Assembly: GCA_051251855.1 (NCBI GenBank) | Contig: JBPOGI010000001.1 | Location: 1 to 64,000 of the forward strand | Direction of reading: 5' to 3' | DNA: 64,000 bases | From: Roseibacillus sp. | GTDB lineage: Bacteria; Verrucomicrobiota; Verrucomicrobiia; Verrucomicrobiales; Akkermansiaceae | In this document: positions 9,759-20,079 of the stretch, one piece after another | Numbering within the stretch: position 1 is the first letter of the stretch | Layout of the letters: each line of letters starts with the position of its first letter | The notes under the pieces: model-generated | Seen by the model: only the letters and a program-made list of their open reading frames with translations | The model's database searches: none | Told to the model about the DNA's origin: nothing | Made by a program: the position numbers and the translations under genes

Positions 9759-10069
9759 TGAGAAGTGGCCTTCGTTTTTATGAGGCCAATTTGTTTCCTT
9801 TTGCTTCGGCAGGTGATGCCAAAAGACTGAAAATATTCACGATCGCGGCAATTCTGCCCAGCGGGGAGTAGTGGGCGTATAAGGAGTCGATAGGTCATGG
9901 GCTTTGGTTGGAAAATCAATCCCATTGTTTGAAGCCTGAAAATAGGAAAGACTTGGTTTGCCTCATCTTTTCATTCAAAAAAGCACGCAGCCTGAGAGCG
10001 CTTTGCTATCCCTCGAGTGATTTGAGGATGTTTGATCAGAACGGCCCTACCGAGCCTTCGTCTGGGCCT

Positions 10070-11548
10070 TTAGTTACCTAACAACGCCAAGATAGGCTGG
10101 GGGTAAAAGCCTAGGAATACGATAAGAATGGCAGCGGGGTAGATGACTGCTTTGGCGGTGCTGGAGAGGTAGATCTCGGGACCATCTTGGGAGGGGCTCC
10201 AGAACATGACCTTGATGACTTTGAAATAGTAGTAGAAGCCAGCGGCGACTCCAATAAAGCCTGCTCCAACGGCAAGCCAGAGTTCGCTTTGGACGGCGGC
10301 TTGGAAGACATAGAACTTACCGAAGAAGCCGACCGTGAGAGGAAGGCCGGCCAAGGCAGCGAAAATGATGGTGAGGGTCCAAGCAAGGGCCGGGTGAGTC
10401 TGGCCTAAGCCTTGGAGTGAAACGACGGACTCGGAGCCGGTGCTCTGGCTGATGGACTGCATTGCGAAGAGTGCCGCAACGGTCATGATGAGGTAGGTCG
10501 CGAGGTAGAAGCCAACGATCTGATAAGTCGAGAGCTCTGTCTCGCTACCACCGCGCCAAGCGGCGAGGGCGAGGACAATGAAACCGGCGTTGGCGATGGA
10601 TGAATAGGCCAAGAGGCGCTTGAGGTTGGTCTGCGCAATAGCGGCGAGGTTTCCAACGAGGAGGGTAGCAGCGGCGATGATGACGAGGATAAAAATGACT
10701 TTGTCGCGGGTGATTTCGTGAGTGAGGAAGGGCTCAAGAATACGCATGGCGACGATGAAGCCAGCGGCCTTGGAACCTACGGAAAGAAAGGCGGTGGTGG
10801 GGGTAGGTGCTCCTTGGTAGACGTCGGGAATCCAGAGGTGCATGGGCACGGCCCCGACCTTGAAGGCGAGGGCAATGACGATGAGGGAGATTCCGAAGAG
10901 CAGTCCGTAGGTGTTGTTGGCGATATTGTTCTCTTGCAGGCCATCTGGTGAAAGGGCGAGATCAATGGCGGCGAGGTTCATGCTGCCTGTGATGCCGTAA
11001 ATCCAAGAGATGCCGTAGACGAGGAAGCCGGTGGAAAGAGCCCCAAGGATGAGGTATTTGACGCCTGCTTCGAGGGAGCCCACGTTGCGGCGCATGTAGC
11101 CGACCAAGATGTAAAAGGTGATGGTAGTGAGCTCGAGGGCGACGAAGGCCATGACGAGGTCTTTGGCAGATGCCATCCACATCATTCCTGCACAAGCAAA
11201 GAGAGGGAGGGCGTAGAACTCGCCGGTTCCGTCTTCGGATTGGGGGTCTTCGGTGAAGCGGCTGAGGACTTTGCGGTAATCAATGCCCATGAGAACGACG
11301 AGGGCAGTGACGACGAGGGCGAGGCCTTTGAAGAAGCGGGCGCTGGAGTCGGATGCGTAGAAGCGGTCAAGCTCAGGACCAGTGGCGTCCTTGGCGAAGA
11401 TGAGAAGCACCAAGGTGACGATGAGACCAAGGGCAGAAATCCAGCCGAGGTAGGCTTTCTTTTCGCGTGGAAAAAATGCCTCTGCAAGTAGGACGGAGAG
11501 TCCAAGAGCAACGACGATGATTTCGAGATAGTGAAGCGGGAGTGACAT
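10070..11548 (-). CDS. nuoN: NADH-quinone oxidoreductase subunit N
   Basis: EAGVKYLILG, FKVGAVPMHLWIPDVYQGAPTP, KRLLAYSSI; operon position. Confidence 0.95.
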   Translation of the reverse strand: MSLPLHYLEIIVVALGLSVLLAEAFFPREKKAYLGWISALGLIVTLVLLIFAKDATGPELDRFYASDSSARFFKGLALVVTALVVLMGIDYRKVLSRFTEDPQSEDGTGEFYALPLFACAGMMWMASAKDLVMAFVALELTTITFYILVGYMRRNVGSLEAGVKYLILGALSTGFLVYGISWIYGITGSMNLAAIDLALSPDGLQENNIANNTYGLLFGISLIVIALAFKVGAVPMHLWIPDVYQGAPTPTTAFLSVGSKAAGFIVAMRILEPFLTHEITRDKVIFILVIIAAATLLVGNLAAIAQTNLKRLLAYSSIANAGFIVLALAAWRGGSETELSTYQIVGFYLATYLIMTVAALFAMQSISQSTGSESVVSLQGLGQTHPALAWTLTIIFAALAGLPLTVGFFGKFYVFQAAVQSELWLAVGAGFIGVAAGFYYYFKVIKVMFWSPSQDGPEIYLSSTAKAVIYPAAILIVFLGFYPQPILALLGN

Positions 11549-11571
11549 GGAATTGAAATTCGTTCGGAAAA

Positions 11572-13086
11572 TTAAGGAGCCTCAGTGGCGACGACGACTG
11601 CGGGAGTTGTAGGGGCGGAAGGCTCGTTGAAAAGGTTGAAGAGAATGTTGGGGTAGAGGCCAACGATGAGGAGAGCGGCTGCAAGAATAATAGCTGGGAC
11701 CTTTTCGTTGGTGTCGAGGTCAGTGGCGGACTCAGTGGCTTTGACAGGCTCGCCGTGGAAGATGTTGCGGATGGCCCGCAGCATATAGATGGCGGAAAGG
11801 ACGACACCGAAGATGGCGATGATCGTTCCGATTTGGACGGGGCCGAAGCATTCGCCTGGGGTCCAGTTTTTGAAACCGGAGAGGAAGACAGCGGCTTCGC
11901 CAGCGAAGTTGGCGAGACCGGGGAGCCCGATAGAAGCCATTCCCGCAAGGCCAAAGAGGAAGGCGAGCCCCGGGGCCGCCTTTGCAAGACCACCGAGTTC
12001 TTCCATGCGGAGGCTGCCGGTCTTGCGATTGATGCAGTCGGAGAGGGCGAAGAGGAGTGCGATGGAGACTCCGTGGCCAAACATCAAGATGACGGCGGCG
12101 GGAAGGGCGATGGAGTTGGCTTCGACTGAGCCCGCAGCGATGAGGGCAGCGACGGCGAGGAAGACGTAGCCCATGTGCATCACCGAAGAATTAGCGAGCA
12201 TGCTATCAAGGCGCTTTTGGTTAATGGTGACCATGCCAACCCAAAGGATATTTCCGAGAAGGAGAACGATGAGGGCGACGAGCCAGTGCTGCATACCTTC
12301 GGGGACGAGGGGAAAGAGCTTGAGGAGACCGTAGAGACCGAACTTTTTGAGGACGCCGGCATGAAGCATGGCGACGGGGGTGGGTGCGGAGGCGTAAGCG
12401 GGAGCGGCCCAGGAGTGAAAGGGGAAGAGGGAGACGAGAACACCGAAACCAACGAGGAGGAGGGCGGCGATGCCAACTTGGTCTTTGGGGTCGATTTCGC
12501 CAGCGAGGATGTCTTTGAAGAGAAGAGTTTCGGAGCCGGAAGCGGAGACGAGCCAGAGAAGTCCGGCGAGGAGAATGATGGAACCGAAGGCGAGGTAGAT
12601 GGTGATCTTCCAAGCGGCGGCTTTGCGGTCACCTTTGCCGAGCATTCCAATCATCAGGAAAGTCGGAATGAGGGCGAGCTCGTGGAAGGCGTAGAAGAAG
12701 AACAAATCGGTCGAGAGAAAGGCTCCTAAGGCACCGAGAGAGATAAGGAGGATAGAGGAGAACCAAAGACGCTCTTTTCCTTCGGGACATTTGCCGGCAA
12801 GAACAGCCGCGATGGTGACAAGGGTGGTCAGTAAGACCATGATTACGCTCATGGCATCGGGGAGGCCGAGGGCTAGAGAGATCTCTGGCTTCGCTAAAAC
12901 AGTGAGAGAGAAGGCTCCTAGGTCAACATCGCGGGAGATGCTCCAATAGATGGTGGAAACGAGAGCGAGGCCGAAGTTTCCAATGGCTGCGAGGAGGCAG
13001 ATGCTACGGGCTGGGCCTCCTGCAATGACGCCGACGAGGGCCACCAAAGGAATGGCGAGGAGAAGGATGAGAAATTGGTCAAACAT
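11572..13086 (-). CDS. nuoM: NADH-quinone oxidoreductase subunit M
   Basis: FYAFHELALIP, FPFHSW, AGVLKKFGLYG, SSVMHMG, GLPGLANFAGE. Confidence 0.93.
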   Translation of the reverse strand: MFDQFLILLLAIPLVALVGVIAGGPARSICLLAAIGNFGLALVSTIYWSISRDVDLGAFSLTVLAKPEISLALGLPDAMSVIMVLLTTLVTIAAVLAGKCPEGKERLWFSSILLISLGALGAFLSTDLFFFYAFHELALIPTFLMIGMLGKGDRKAAAWKITIYLAFGSIILLAGLLWLVSASGSETLLFKDILAGEIDPKDQVGIAALLLVGFGVLVSLFPFHSWAAPAYASAPTPVAMLHAGVLKKFGLYGLLKLFPLVPEGMQHWLVALIVLLLGNILWVGMVTINQKRLDSMLANSSVMHMGYVFLAVAALIAAGSVEANSIALPAAVILMFGHGVSIALLFALSDCINRKTGSLRMEELGGLAKAAPGLAFLFGLAGMASIGLPGLANFAGEAAVFLSGFKNWTPGECFGPVQIGTIIAIFGVVLSAIYMLRAIRNIFHGEPVKATESATDLDTNEKVPAIILAAALLIVGLYPNILFNLFNEPSAPTTPAVVVATEAP

Positions 13087-13116
13087 GAATTCGAGAAGTG
13101 AAGTTGAGTGGCGCGC

Positions 13117-14946
13117 TTATTTGACAAAAACGGTGAGGTAGATGACGAGGAGGACACCCACGCCCATAAGAAGGGAGTAAGTTTGAAGGGAGCCTGATTG
13201 GGCGCGGTTGAAGAGTTGACCAAGAGCAGCGGAACAGCGAGCGAGTCCACCGACGATAAGTCCGTTGATGATGAACTCGTCGAGGAAGTCGATGACGGAG
13301 GCTTTGACGTTGATACCGTATTTGACGAGCTGTCCGTAGCGTTCGTCGACGTAGAAATTATTCGCGAAGAGTTTCGAAACGGGATTGTTGGCGAGCGGGT
13401 CTTCTTTCTTGTTAAAGTAGAAGACGAAGGCGAAAGCAGCGCCAATGGCGAAGGCTCCCAAGGATGCGTAAAGGGGAGTGCCGAACTCAATGAGAGCCTT
13501 AGGCTCATGATAGAGCGGCGAGATAGTGTTAGCAATGGAGGGCAGGCCGGCAAAAATAGCCATTGCAGCCAAGAGAACGAGGGGCACGAACATAAGGGGC
13601 CCTACTTCGGAGGCGGACTTGGAGTTCTTGGAGCGACTTTCGCCGAAGAAGACTACGAAGAAAAGGCGACCCATATAGAATGTAGTGAGGGCGGCGATGG
13701 CTGCAACGAGCCAGAAGAGAGGCTGGTTGTATTCCCAAGTGGTGTGAAGAATCCCCTCTTTGGAGAAGAAACCTGCAGTGAATGGGAATCCTGCTAAAGC
13801 GAGAGTTCCGAGGAGAAAGGTGATTGCGGTGATGGGCATCTTCTTAAAGAGGCCGCCCATCTGCCAGATGTCTTGCTCGTGGTGGCAGGCGTAGATGATG
13901 GCACCAGAGCCTAGGAAAAGGAGAGCCTTGAACCAAGCGTGGGTGTAAAGGTGGAACATGGAAGCCTCGGTCGAGTGACCGCTGGCGATTCCAAGAACGA
14001 GAACCATGTAGCCCAACTGAGAGAGGGTCGAGTAGGCGAGGATCTTTTTGATGTCGTTCTGTTGCGTCGCCATCAGGGCGGCGATGAGCGAGGTGAAGCC
14101 GCCAATGTAGGCGATGGTGTTAGTGGACCACTCGGGAAAGGGAAGAACGCCGTGGTCGCCAACGGAAATGAAGACGCGAGCCATCATGTAGACACCGGCT
14201 GCGACCATGGTAGCAGCGTGGATGAGGGCAGAAACAGGAGTGGGGCCTTCCATAGCGTCAGGAAGCCAGACATGGAGTGGAGCCTGTGCGGATTTACCGA
14301 CAGCTCCGCAGAAGATGCAGAGGAGTGTTGCTCCTAGAATTCCTGCGCTGAGACCGACGGGGATTTGTCCCATCATATCTTCAAAGACGATCGTGCCGGT
14401 AATCGCCCAGAGCATCAGGATGCCAACCATGAATCCAAAGTCGCCAATACGGTTGACGCAGAAGGCCTTCTTGGCTGCATCCGCGGCGGAGGCCTTAGTA
14501 TACCAGTGGCCGATGAGGAGGTAAGAGGAAAGACCCACCAATTCCCAGAAGATGAACATCATCAGGAAATTATCGGCGAGGACGATGCCGGTCATGGAGA
14601 ACATGAAGAGCGAGAGTCCGCAGAAGTAGCGGGACTTAGCTTTGTCTTTGGCCATGTAGGCAAGAGAGAAGACGTGAACGAGAGTGCCCACTCCGGTCAC
14701 GATGAGCATCATTCGGGTCGACATGGTGTCGAGGAGAATACCGATATTGACGCTAAAGTCGCCAAAGGTCGCCCACTCGAAAGACTGGGTGGCTTCTTTA
14801 TTAAGAAAAGAAATGGTTAGCAGGAGAGTGGCGAGAGCCGAGCCTGTGGAGACCATCGAAGAGATGAAGGCGTTCTTCTTGAGGCCGAGTTGAATCACGG
14901 CGGCACTGAGAAGAGGAAGAAGGAGGAGTAACCAAGCGAGGTGCAT
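13117..14946 (-). CDS. nuoL: NADH-quinone oxidoreductase subunit L
   Basis: WELVGLSSYLLIGHW, GKSAQAPLHVWLPDAMEGPTPVSALIHAATMV, KKILAYSTLSQLG. Confidence 0.97.
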   Translation of the reverse strand: MHLAWLLLLLPLLSAAVIQLGLKKNAFISSMVSTGSALATLLLTISFLNKEATQSFEWATFGDFSVNIGILLDTMSTRMMLIVTGVGTLVHVFSLAYMAKDKAKSRYFCGLSLFMFSMTGIVLADNFLMMFIFWELVGLSSYLLIGHWYTKASAADAAKKAFCVNRIGDFGFMVGILMLWAITGTIVFEDMMGQIPVGLSAGILGATLLCIFCGAVGKSAQAPLHVWLPDAMEGPTPVSALIHAATMVAAGVYMMARVFISVGDHGVLPFPEWSTNTIAYIGGFTSLIAALMATQQNDIKKILAYSTLSQLGYMVLVLGIASGHSTEASMFHLYTHAWFKALLFLGSGAIIYACHHEQDIWQMGGLFKKMPITAITFLLGTLALAGFPFTAGFFSKEGILHTTWEYNQPLFWLVAAIAALTTFYMGRLFFVVFFGESRSKNSKSASEVGPLMFVPLVLLAAMAIFAGLPSIANTISPLYHEPKALIEFGTPLYASLGAFAIGAAFAFVFYFNKKEDPLANNPVSKLFANNFYVDERYGQLVKYGINVKASVIDFLDEFIINGLIVGGLARCSAALGQLFNRAQSGSLQTYSLLMGVGVLLVIYLTVFVK

Positions 14947-14984
14947 AAAAAGTGTGTGAGTTTGCTAGTTTTTCAGTTTGCAGT

Positions 14985-15251
14985 TCACTTTCCGAGGGCC
15001 GCTTTTCGCTGCGGGCGTCGGACGAGAAGATAAATGAGAGAACCCACCCAACCGGCGAGAACGATGACGAGAATCCAGATGAGCTTGTCGTTGCCTTCCG
15101 ATGTTTCGTTTTTGAGGCAGTCGATGAGGGTCCAGAGCCAGAAAGCAAAGACCGCGATGCCAATCAAAAAGAACAATATCATCACTGCGATAGGTGCTCC
15201 TTGGGAGGGGGCATCGAGTGCTTGAGCGAGAATGGTGAGCAAAGTTGTCAT
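14985..15251 (-). CDS. Small two-TM membrane protein, PLDc_N-like (88 aa)
   Basis: WLWTLIDCLK...KLIWILVIVLAGWVGSLIYLL pattern; ATG at 15249-15251 fits between nuoK and nuoL. Confidence 0.75.
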   Translation of the reverse strand: MTTLLTILAQALDAPSQGAPIAVMILFFLIGIAVFAFWLWTLIDCLKNETSEGNDKLIWILVIVLAGWVGSLIYLLVRRPQRKAALGK

Positions 15252-15282
15252 TGGGTTGGGAACTGGTGAGAGTTTGGAGCCA

Positions 15283-15612
15283 CTAACCGCGCATGGACTT
15301 AAGGTCCTCGACGTTGATGGTCTGTCGGGCGCGATAGAGGGCGACAATGATGGCGAGGCCAACTGCGACTTCGGCTGCGGCGACGGTGATGATGAAGAAG
15401 ACGAGCACCTGACCATCATAGTCAGGGAGGCCATCGAAATCATTGAGGCGGAAGCGGGAAAAAGCGACAAGGGTCAGGTTTGCGGCAGCGAGCATCATCT
15501 CCAAGCACATGAAGATGACGATGATATTACGGCGAACGATGACGCCAGCGAGGCCGATGGCAAAGAGAATGCCACTGACCATGAGGTATTCGTTAAGAGA
15601 AGCGGGGTCCAC
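15283..15612 (-). CDS. nuoK: NADH-quinone oxidoreductase subunit K
   Basis: [32 protein letters not shown] start. Confidence 0.95.
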   Translation of the reverse strand: MDPASLNEYLMVSGILFAIGLAGVIVRRNIIVIFMCLEMMLAAANLTLVAFSRFRLNDFDGLPDYDGQVLVFFIITVAAAEVAVGLAIIVALYRARQTINVEDLKSMRG

Positions 15613-15633
15613 GATTGAGTAGTCTGTTGAAAG

Positions 15634-16293
15634 TTATCCGTTGCTTTTTGTCGGGCCGTTCTTTTTGGAAAGGACAACCACGCCGATGGTGGAAACGAGA
15701 AGGAGAACACCCATCACTTGGAGGGGCAGGTTATTGCTGGTGCGCTCGCGGTCGGCGCGTCCGGCAAAGATGGTGCGTCCAATGAGGTGGACGTCAGGAA
15801 GTTGATTCACCTCGAGGTTGGCTTGAATTTTTCCAACGGGGACATCCTCTTGCTTGAACTCTTTGTCCTTGGGGAGGTTGTCTTTGTAAATCTCGGTAGA
15901 AGCCTGCTCGTGGGCGAGGGCGGCTCCTTGCAGGTCGAGGGGTTGGTGCTCGGGTAGGTCGGACTTGAGAAGGACTCCTAAGATTTGAAGGAGGAGGATG
16001 CCGGGGACGATGGCCGCGGCCGCGATGTTGGCTGGCTTGAAGATGCGTTGTTCCTCGGCCTTGAGGTCGAGAAGCATGATGATAAAGATGAACAACACCA
16101 TGATGGCTCCGGCGTAGACCAGGATTTGGATGACTCCGACGAAGTAGGCGTTGAGGCCTACAAAGAGAGCTGCCAGACCGACAAAAGCGCCGACCATCCA
16201 GAGGGCGCTTGAGACGGGGTTTTTCACAATCACCATGAGACTAGCGGAAATGACCGCGAGGACGGTAAAGAGGTAGAAGAAAATTTGAGGCAT
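15634..16293 (-). CDS. nuoJ: NADH-quinone oxidoreductase subunit J
   Basis: KNPVSSAL, QILVYAGAIMVLFIFIIML. Confidence 0.93.
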   Translation of the reverse strand: MPQIFFYLFTVLAVISASLMVIVKNPVSSALWMVGAFVGLAALFVGLNAYFVGVIQILVYAGAIMVLFIFIIMLLDLKAEEQRIFKPANIAAAAIVPGILLLQILGVLLKSDLPEHQPLDLQGAALAHEQASTEIYKDNLPKDKEFKQEDVPVGKIQANLEVNQLPDVHLIGRTIFAGRADRERTSNNLPLQVMGVLLLVSTIGVVVLSKKNGPTKSNG

Positions 16294-16300
16294 GGGTCTT

Positions 16301-16867
16301 TTACTTAAGGTCGTTCCACTTGTTCACGAGGCCGACGCGCTTGCCGCCGATTTCGTAAAGCTTGTCTTTGTCGTGAACCATTTCGGCGCGGCTGAGGCCG
16401 GTGATGGCATAGTCCTTGCGAAGGTAGATGGCTTGCTCGGGGCAGACTTCTTCGCACATGCCGCAGTAGATGCAGCGAATCATGTCGATATCGAAAGCCT
16501 TGGGGCGTTTTTCCACCTTGGCCCACTCGTCATCCGTAGGAATCTCGCCGGGCGTGATCTTGATGGCTTTGGGTGGGCAGATGAATTCGCAGAGTTGGCA
16601 AGAAACGCAACGTTCGCGGTCTTGTTCGTCGGTAACGAGGGCTGGAGCTCCGCGATAGTATTCGGGAAGCTCGTCGTCCCACTTTTGCTCGGGATACTGC
16701 ATCGTGACTCCGAGGCCAGATGAGTTGAGGCCTTCAGCGCCACGAGTCTTGCCTGCGAGAGAGCGGGCGGCGTGGCCGAGGGTGATGAGGAAGCCTTTAA
16801 AGATAGACGGAAGGGTGAGCTTCTCGCTGGTAGTGAGAGTGGGGCGCTGGAGTTTGACGACAGGCAT
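16301..16867 (-). CDS. nuoI: NADH-quinone oxidoreductase subunit I
   Basis: TMQYPE; two 4Fe-4S motifs CVSCQLCEFICP and CIYCGMCEEVCP. Confidence 0.95.
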   Translation of the reverse strand: MPVVKLQRPTLTTSEKLTLPSIFKGFLITLGHAARSLAGKTRGAEGLNSSGLGVTMQYPEQKWDDELPEYYRGAPALVTDEQDRERCVSCQLCEFICPPKAIKITPGEIPTDDEWAKVEKRPKAFDIDMIRCIYCGMCEEVCPEQAIYLRKDYAITGLSRAEMVHDKDKLYEIGGKRVGLVNKWNDLK

Positions 16868-16910
16868 GGTGAACGGTGTTCTAGATTTGGTGGTTGGCTA
16901 GGGTGCTGTT

Positions 16911-18221
16911 CTAGTTGACGGGAGCAGGCTTGGCGTCCGGGGCCTGGCGTTTGCCGGGACCGACTTGGTTGTCGACGGTTTTGGCGAGGTAAAAGACAAA
17001 GACGGAGAAGACGGTCAGGCCTGCGAGGGAAGCGATAAACTCGACACCACTGAGAGCTGGGCGAGCGATGAGCAGCGCGGTGAGGATGATGTTAATGAGC
17101 GCGAGCTCGAAAAAGATGACCCAGCCGAGCTTCATCAATTGGTCGTAGCGGAAGCGTGGGATGGACCAGCGCACGAGGATGAAAAAGAGGATGAAGGCGA
17201 TGACTTTAGTGAGGAAAACGCCGAGGTGAATGACGGCAGCGATAATCCCGCCAGAGCCCATGAAGCCGCTATTGGACCATCCAAAGGGAAGGGACCAGCC
17301 ACCGAGGAACATGGTAACGATGAGGGCAGATCCGATGACCATCGCTGCGTATTCTCCAAGGAAGAAGAGGGCGAACTTCATGGAGGAATACTCAGTGTGG
17401 TATCCGCCAACAAGTTCGGTTTCGCACTCTGCGAGGTCGAAAGGAGTGCGGTTGGTTTCTGCGAAAATGGAAATGGTGAAGATGATAAAGGCAAGTACCA
17501 TGGGGATAAAGAGAATCCATTGTTGCACGCCACCAGCACTCCAAAATCCACCGCTAAAAATGTGCCCTCCTTCATTCCAAAGAGGAAGAATCAGCCAGCC
17601 ATTAACAGACTGCTCTTGCACGATGCGGCCAAGATTGAGTTCCCCGAAGACCATAAGAACGGGAATGATGGAGAGACCGAGCGCGATTTCGTAGGAAATC
17701 ATTTGAGCGGAAGCACGGATGCCGCCCATGAAGGGAAACTTTGAGTTCGATGCCCAACCAGCAATGGTGATTCCGTAGACTGCGAGGGAGGAAATAGCGA
17801 AGATGAAGAGAGGGCCGACGTTGAGGTCGGCGATGGCCATGGAGAGAGGCTGTTCGCGACCTTCAAGGATAATGGGGCTGGAAAACGGAATGACGGCGAT
17901 AGTGATCAGGGACGGCACCATGCACATGCAAGGAGCGAGCCAGAAAAAGTGTTTGCGGACGTGGTTGGGAGTGAAGTCCTCTTTTAAGATGAACTTGAGT
18001 CCGTCAGCGATCGGCTGGGTGAGTCCGCCGAGCGGGAGTTGGATATCGTTCTTAAATCCCAGAATCGAAGTCGGGATCATGGTCCGGTTAGGGCCCACTC
18101 GGTCTTGAATGATGGCCGAGAACCGGCGCTCAGCGTATACTGCGTAGGCGACGAAGGTGAGAGTGACCGTGAAGTAGAGGCCAATCTTAATGAGGGTGGC
18201 GATGAGAAAAGCGGTGTCCAT
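16911..18221 (-). CDS. nuoH: NADH-quinone oxidoreductase subunit H
   Basis: QDRVGPNR, QPIADGLK, AQMISYE, AETNRTPFDL, PRFRYDQLM. Confidence 0.96.
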   Translation of the reverse strand: MDTAFLIATLIKIGLYFTVTLTFVAYAVYAERRFSAIIQDRVGPNRTMIPTSILGFKNDIQLPLGGLTQPIADGLKFILKEDFTPNHVRKHFFWLAPCMCMVPSLITIAVIPFSSPIILEGREQPLSMAIADLNVGPLFIFAISSLAVYGITIAGWASNSKFPFMGGIRASAQMISYEIALGLSIIPVLMVFGELNLGRIVQEQSVNGWLILPLWNEGGHIFSGGFWSAGGVQQWILFIPMVLAFIIFTISIFAETNRTPFDLAECETELVGGYHTEYSSMKFALFFLGEYAAMVIGSALIVTMFLGGWSLPFGWSNSGFMGSGGIIAAVIHLGVFLTKVIAFILFFILVRWSIPRFRYDQLMKLGWVIFFELALINIILTALLIARPALSGVEFIASLAGLTVFSVFVFYLAKTVDNQVGPGKRQAPDAKPAPVN

Positions 18222-18269
18222 GGGAAAAGTTATCAGTTACTTGTTATTGGTTCTTAAGAGCCGAAGGCT

Positions 18270-20033
18270 CTACCCAACAATTTCGCGGTTTTCGATGCGT
18301 TGACGTTCTTTCTCGAGAAGGGGAATGGTTTCGCCGGTCTCGGTGATTTGGATACCTTGGTCGCCGATTTTTTGAAGAGTGAGTTCTTTAAAGGCGTCGA
18401 TTTCGGTGGCGAGCATTTCGAAGACGTCTTGAATCTTCTGGGGCTTGGTGGAGTCGGGCTTGAGTTCGGCGAGGAGCCCGGAAAGGATTTCCCAATCGGG
18501 GGCAGCTTCCCCAGGAGGCAGAATGGCGCGGTTGAGCTTTTGGAGACGTCCGGTGACGTTGACCATGGAACCGCGCTTTTCAGCGAAGCTGGCTCCGGGG
18601 AGAACGACGTGGGCACGACCCGCAGTGGCGCAGGAAAGAGTGTTGAGGACAACGAGATGTTGCAGCTTGGCGAGGTCGTCGGAGCTGTAACCGCTTTCGG
18701 TGATGTCTTCGCCGACGATGAGGGCGGCCTTGATTCGACCGGAAGCGATATCGCTTTTGATTTGGTCAAACTTGTTGAAAGGGTCGTTGTCGCCGAGGAT
18801 GAGCTTGGCCCCATTAGTATTGGGGTTGCGGTCGGCGCTGATGAGTTTGCCGTCGGATTCGGCGAAACGGCCGATGAGGACGAGGTTTTCGGTGCCGAGG
18901 GCTTCCTTGAGTTTTTTGACGAGAAGGAGTTCTTCGTTGGTGCCGCGAGCGGACGCGATGATGACCACTTCGTGACCTGCTAGTCCTTTGAACCCAGCGG
19001 CGGCTTTTTCGATGGCGGTATCGAGAGTGACCGTCTTGTGCTTTTTGCCTTCGGAGCATTCCTCTTGGGCAATGAGCGGCGCGGTGAGGCGCAGGTCGGA
19101 GTGGATTTCATGGAAAGCCAAGCGATGGCTGTCGGGCATCCAGGCGGAATTGACCTCGTTGTTCTCGCGCGGAGTGATGCGGAAGACTTCGTTGCCGCGC
19201 GTCCAGATGGTGGTGTTGCAACCTGTGCCGCAGTTGACGTCGATGGACGGGGTTTCCTTGAGGAACCAAACGCGCATCTGGAAGCGGAAGTCGTTGCTGG
19301 TGAGGGCGCCGACGGGGCAAATGTCCACGGTGTTGAGGCCGTAGTTGTTGTCGAGTTTGCGGCCGGGATGGACGGAGAGGGTGGTGTGGGTGCCGCGGTC
19401 GGTGAATCCGAGAACGGGGTCGTCAGCGACTTCATCCATGAAGCGGATGCAGCGGCTACACATGATGCAGCGCTCGTCATCGAGGCGGATTCGGGGTCCG
19501 ATATCGACATTCTTGGGCTTCTTGATCTTGTTCTCCTCAAAGCGGGAGATGCCTTTGCCGTGTTCGACGGAGAATTCCTGCAGGGAACATTCGCCGGCCT
19601 GGTCGCAAATGGGGCAGTCGAGAGGGTGGTTGATGAGAAGAAACTCCATCACGCCTTCGCGGCATTTTTCGACGAGTTCGCCGCCGGTACGGATTCCCAT
19701 GTTTTCGCCAACGGTGTTCGCGCAGGCGATCACGGGGCGGGGCATCCAGCCGATTTCTTGGTAGCCGTCTTCGCCATAGGTGGGTTCGGCGCCGGGTGCG
19801 GGGCGAGGGGGCATGCCCATCTGTACCAAGCACATACGGCAGTTGCCGGGAGAGGAAAGTTTGGGGTGATAGCAGTAGTGCGGAACCTCTTTTTCAGCCT
19901 GTTTGCAGGCTTCAATCATACGGGTTCCTTTAGGCACCTGAATCCAGTGGCCATCAATCTGAACATTAACCAAGCCCTTCTCGGCGGCGAGGTCCTTGGG
20001 CAATGGCTGGGTGGTCGTCGCTGAGTCGCTCAT
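18270..20033 (-). CDS. nuoG: NADH-quinone oxidoreductase subunit G
   Basis: PHYCYHPKLS..GNCRMCLV, NHPLDCPICDQAGECSLQ, RCIMCSRCIRF, DICPVGAL. Confidence 0.93.
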   Translation of the reverse strand: MSDSATTTQPLPKDLAAEKGLVNVQIDGHWIQVPKGTRMIEACKQAEKEVPHYCYHPKLSSPGNCRMCLVQMGMPPRPAPGAEPTYGEDGYQEIGWMPRPVIACANTVGENMGIRTGGELVEKCREGVMEFLLINHPLDCPICDQAGECSLQEFSVEHGKGISRFEENKIKKPKNVDIGPRIRLDDERCIMCSRCIRFMDEVADDPVLGFTDRGTHTTLSVHPGRKLDNNYGLNTVDICPVGALTSNDFRFQMRVWFLKETPSIDVNCGTGCNTTIWTRGNEVFRITPRENNEVNSAWMPDSHRLAFHEIHSDLRLTAPLIAQEECSEGKKHKTVTLDTAIEKAAAGFKGLAGHEVVIIASARGTNEELLLVKKLKEALGTENLVLIGRFAESDGKLISADRNPNTNGAKLILGDNDPFNKFDQIKSDIASGRIKAALIVGEDITESGYSSDDLAKLQHLVVLNTLSCATAGRAHVVLPGASFAEKRGSMVNVTGRLQKLNRAILPPGEAAPDWEILSGLLAELKPDSTKPQKIQDVFEMLATEIDAFKELTLQKIGDQGIQITETGETIPLLEKERQRIENREIVG

Positions 20034-20047
20034 CGAAATACGGCGGG

Positions 20048-20076
20048 ACTATGAATCGCTAGCTTAGAGGGGGCAA
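20048..20076 (-). promoter_or_regulatory. Putative sigma70 promoter for nuoG-N
   Basis: Minus strand TTGCCC-17 nt-CATAGT, 14 nt upstream of the nuoG ATG. Confidence 0.55.
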
Positions 20077-20079
20077 GCG

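Noticed and set aside
6791..10069. Integrative element or prophage at tRNA-Ser
   Set aside because: No integrase or phage genes and no clear full attR duplication; only the degenerate repeats reported separately.
18229..18258. 7-nt-period gttatca/gttactt/gttattg run between nuoG and nuoH
   Set aside because: Short and degenerate, with no adjacent intervening gene; too weak to call.
10070..20033. Incomplete or decayed complex I (nuoA-F missing)
   Set aside because: All nuoG-N ORFs are intact with their own promoter; nuoA-F most likely lie outside the window.
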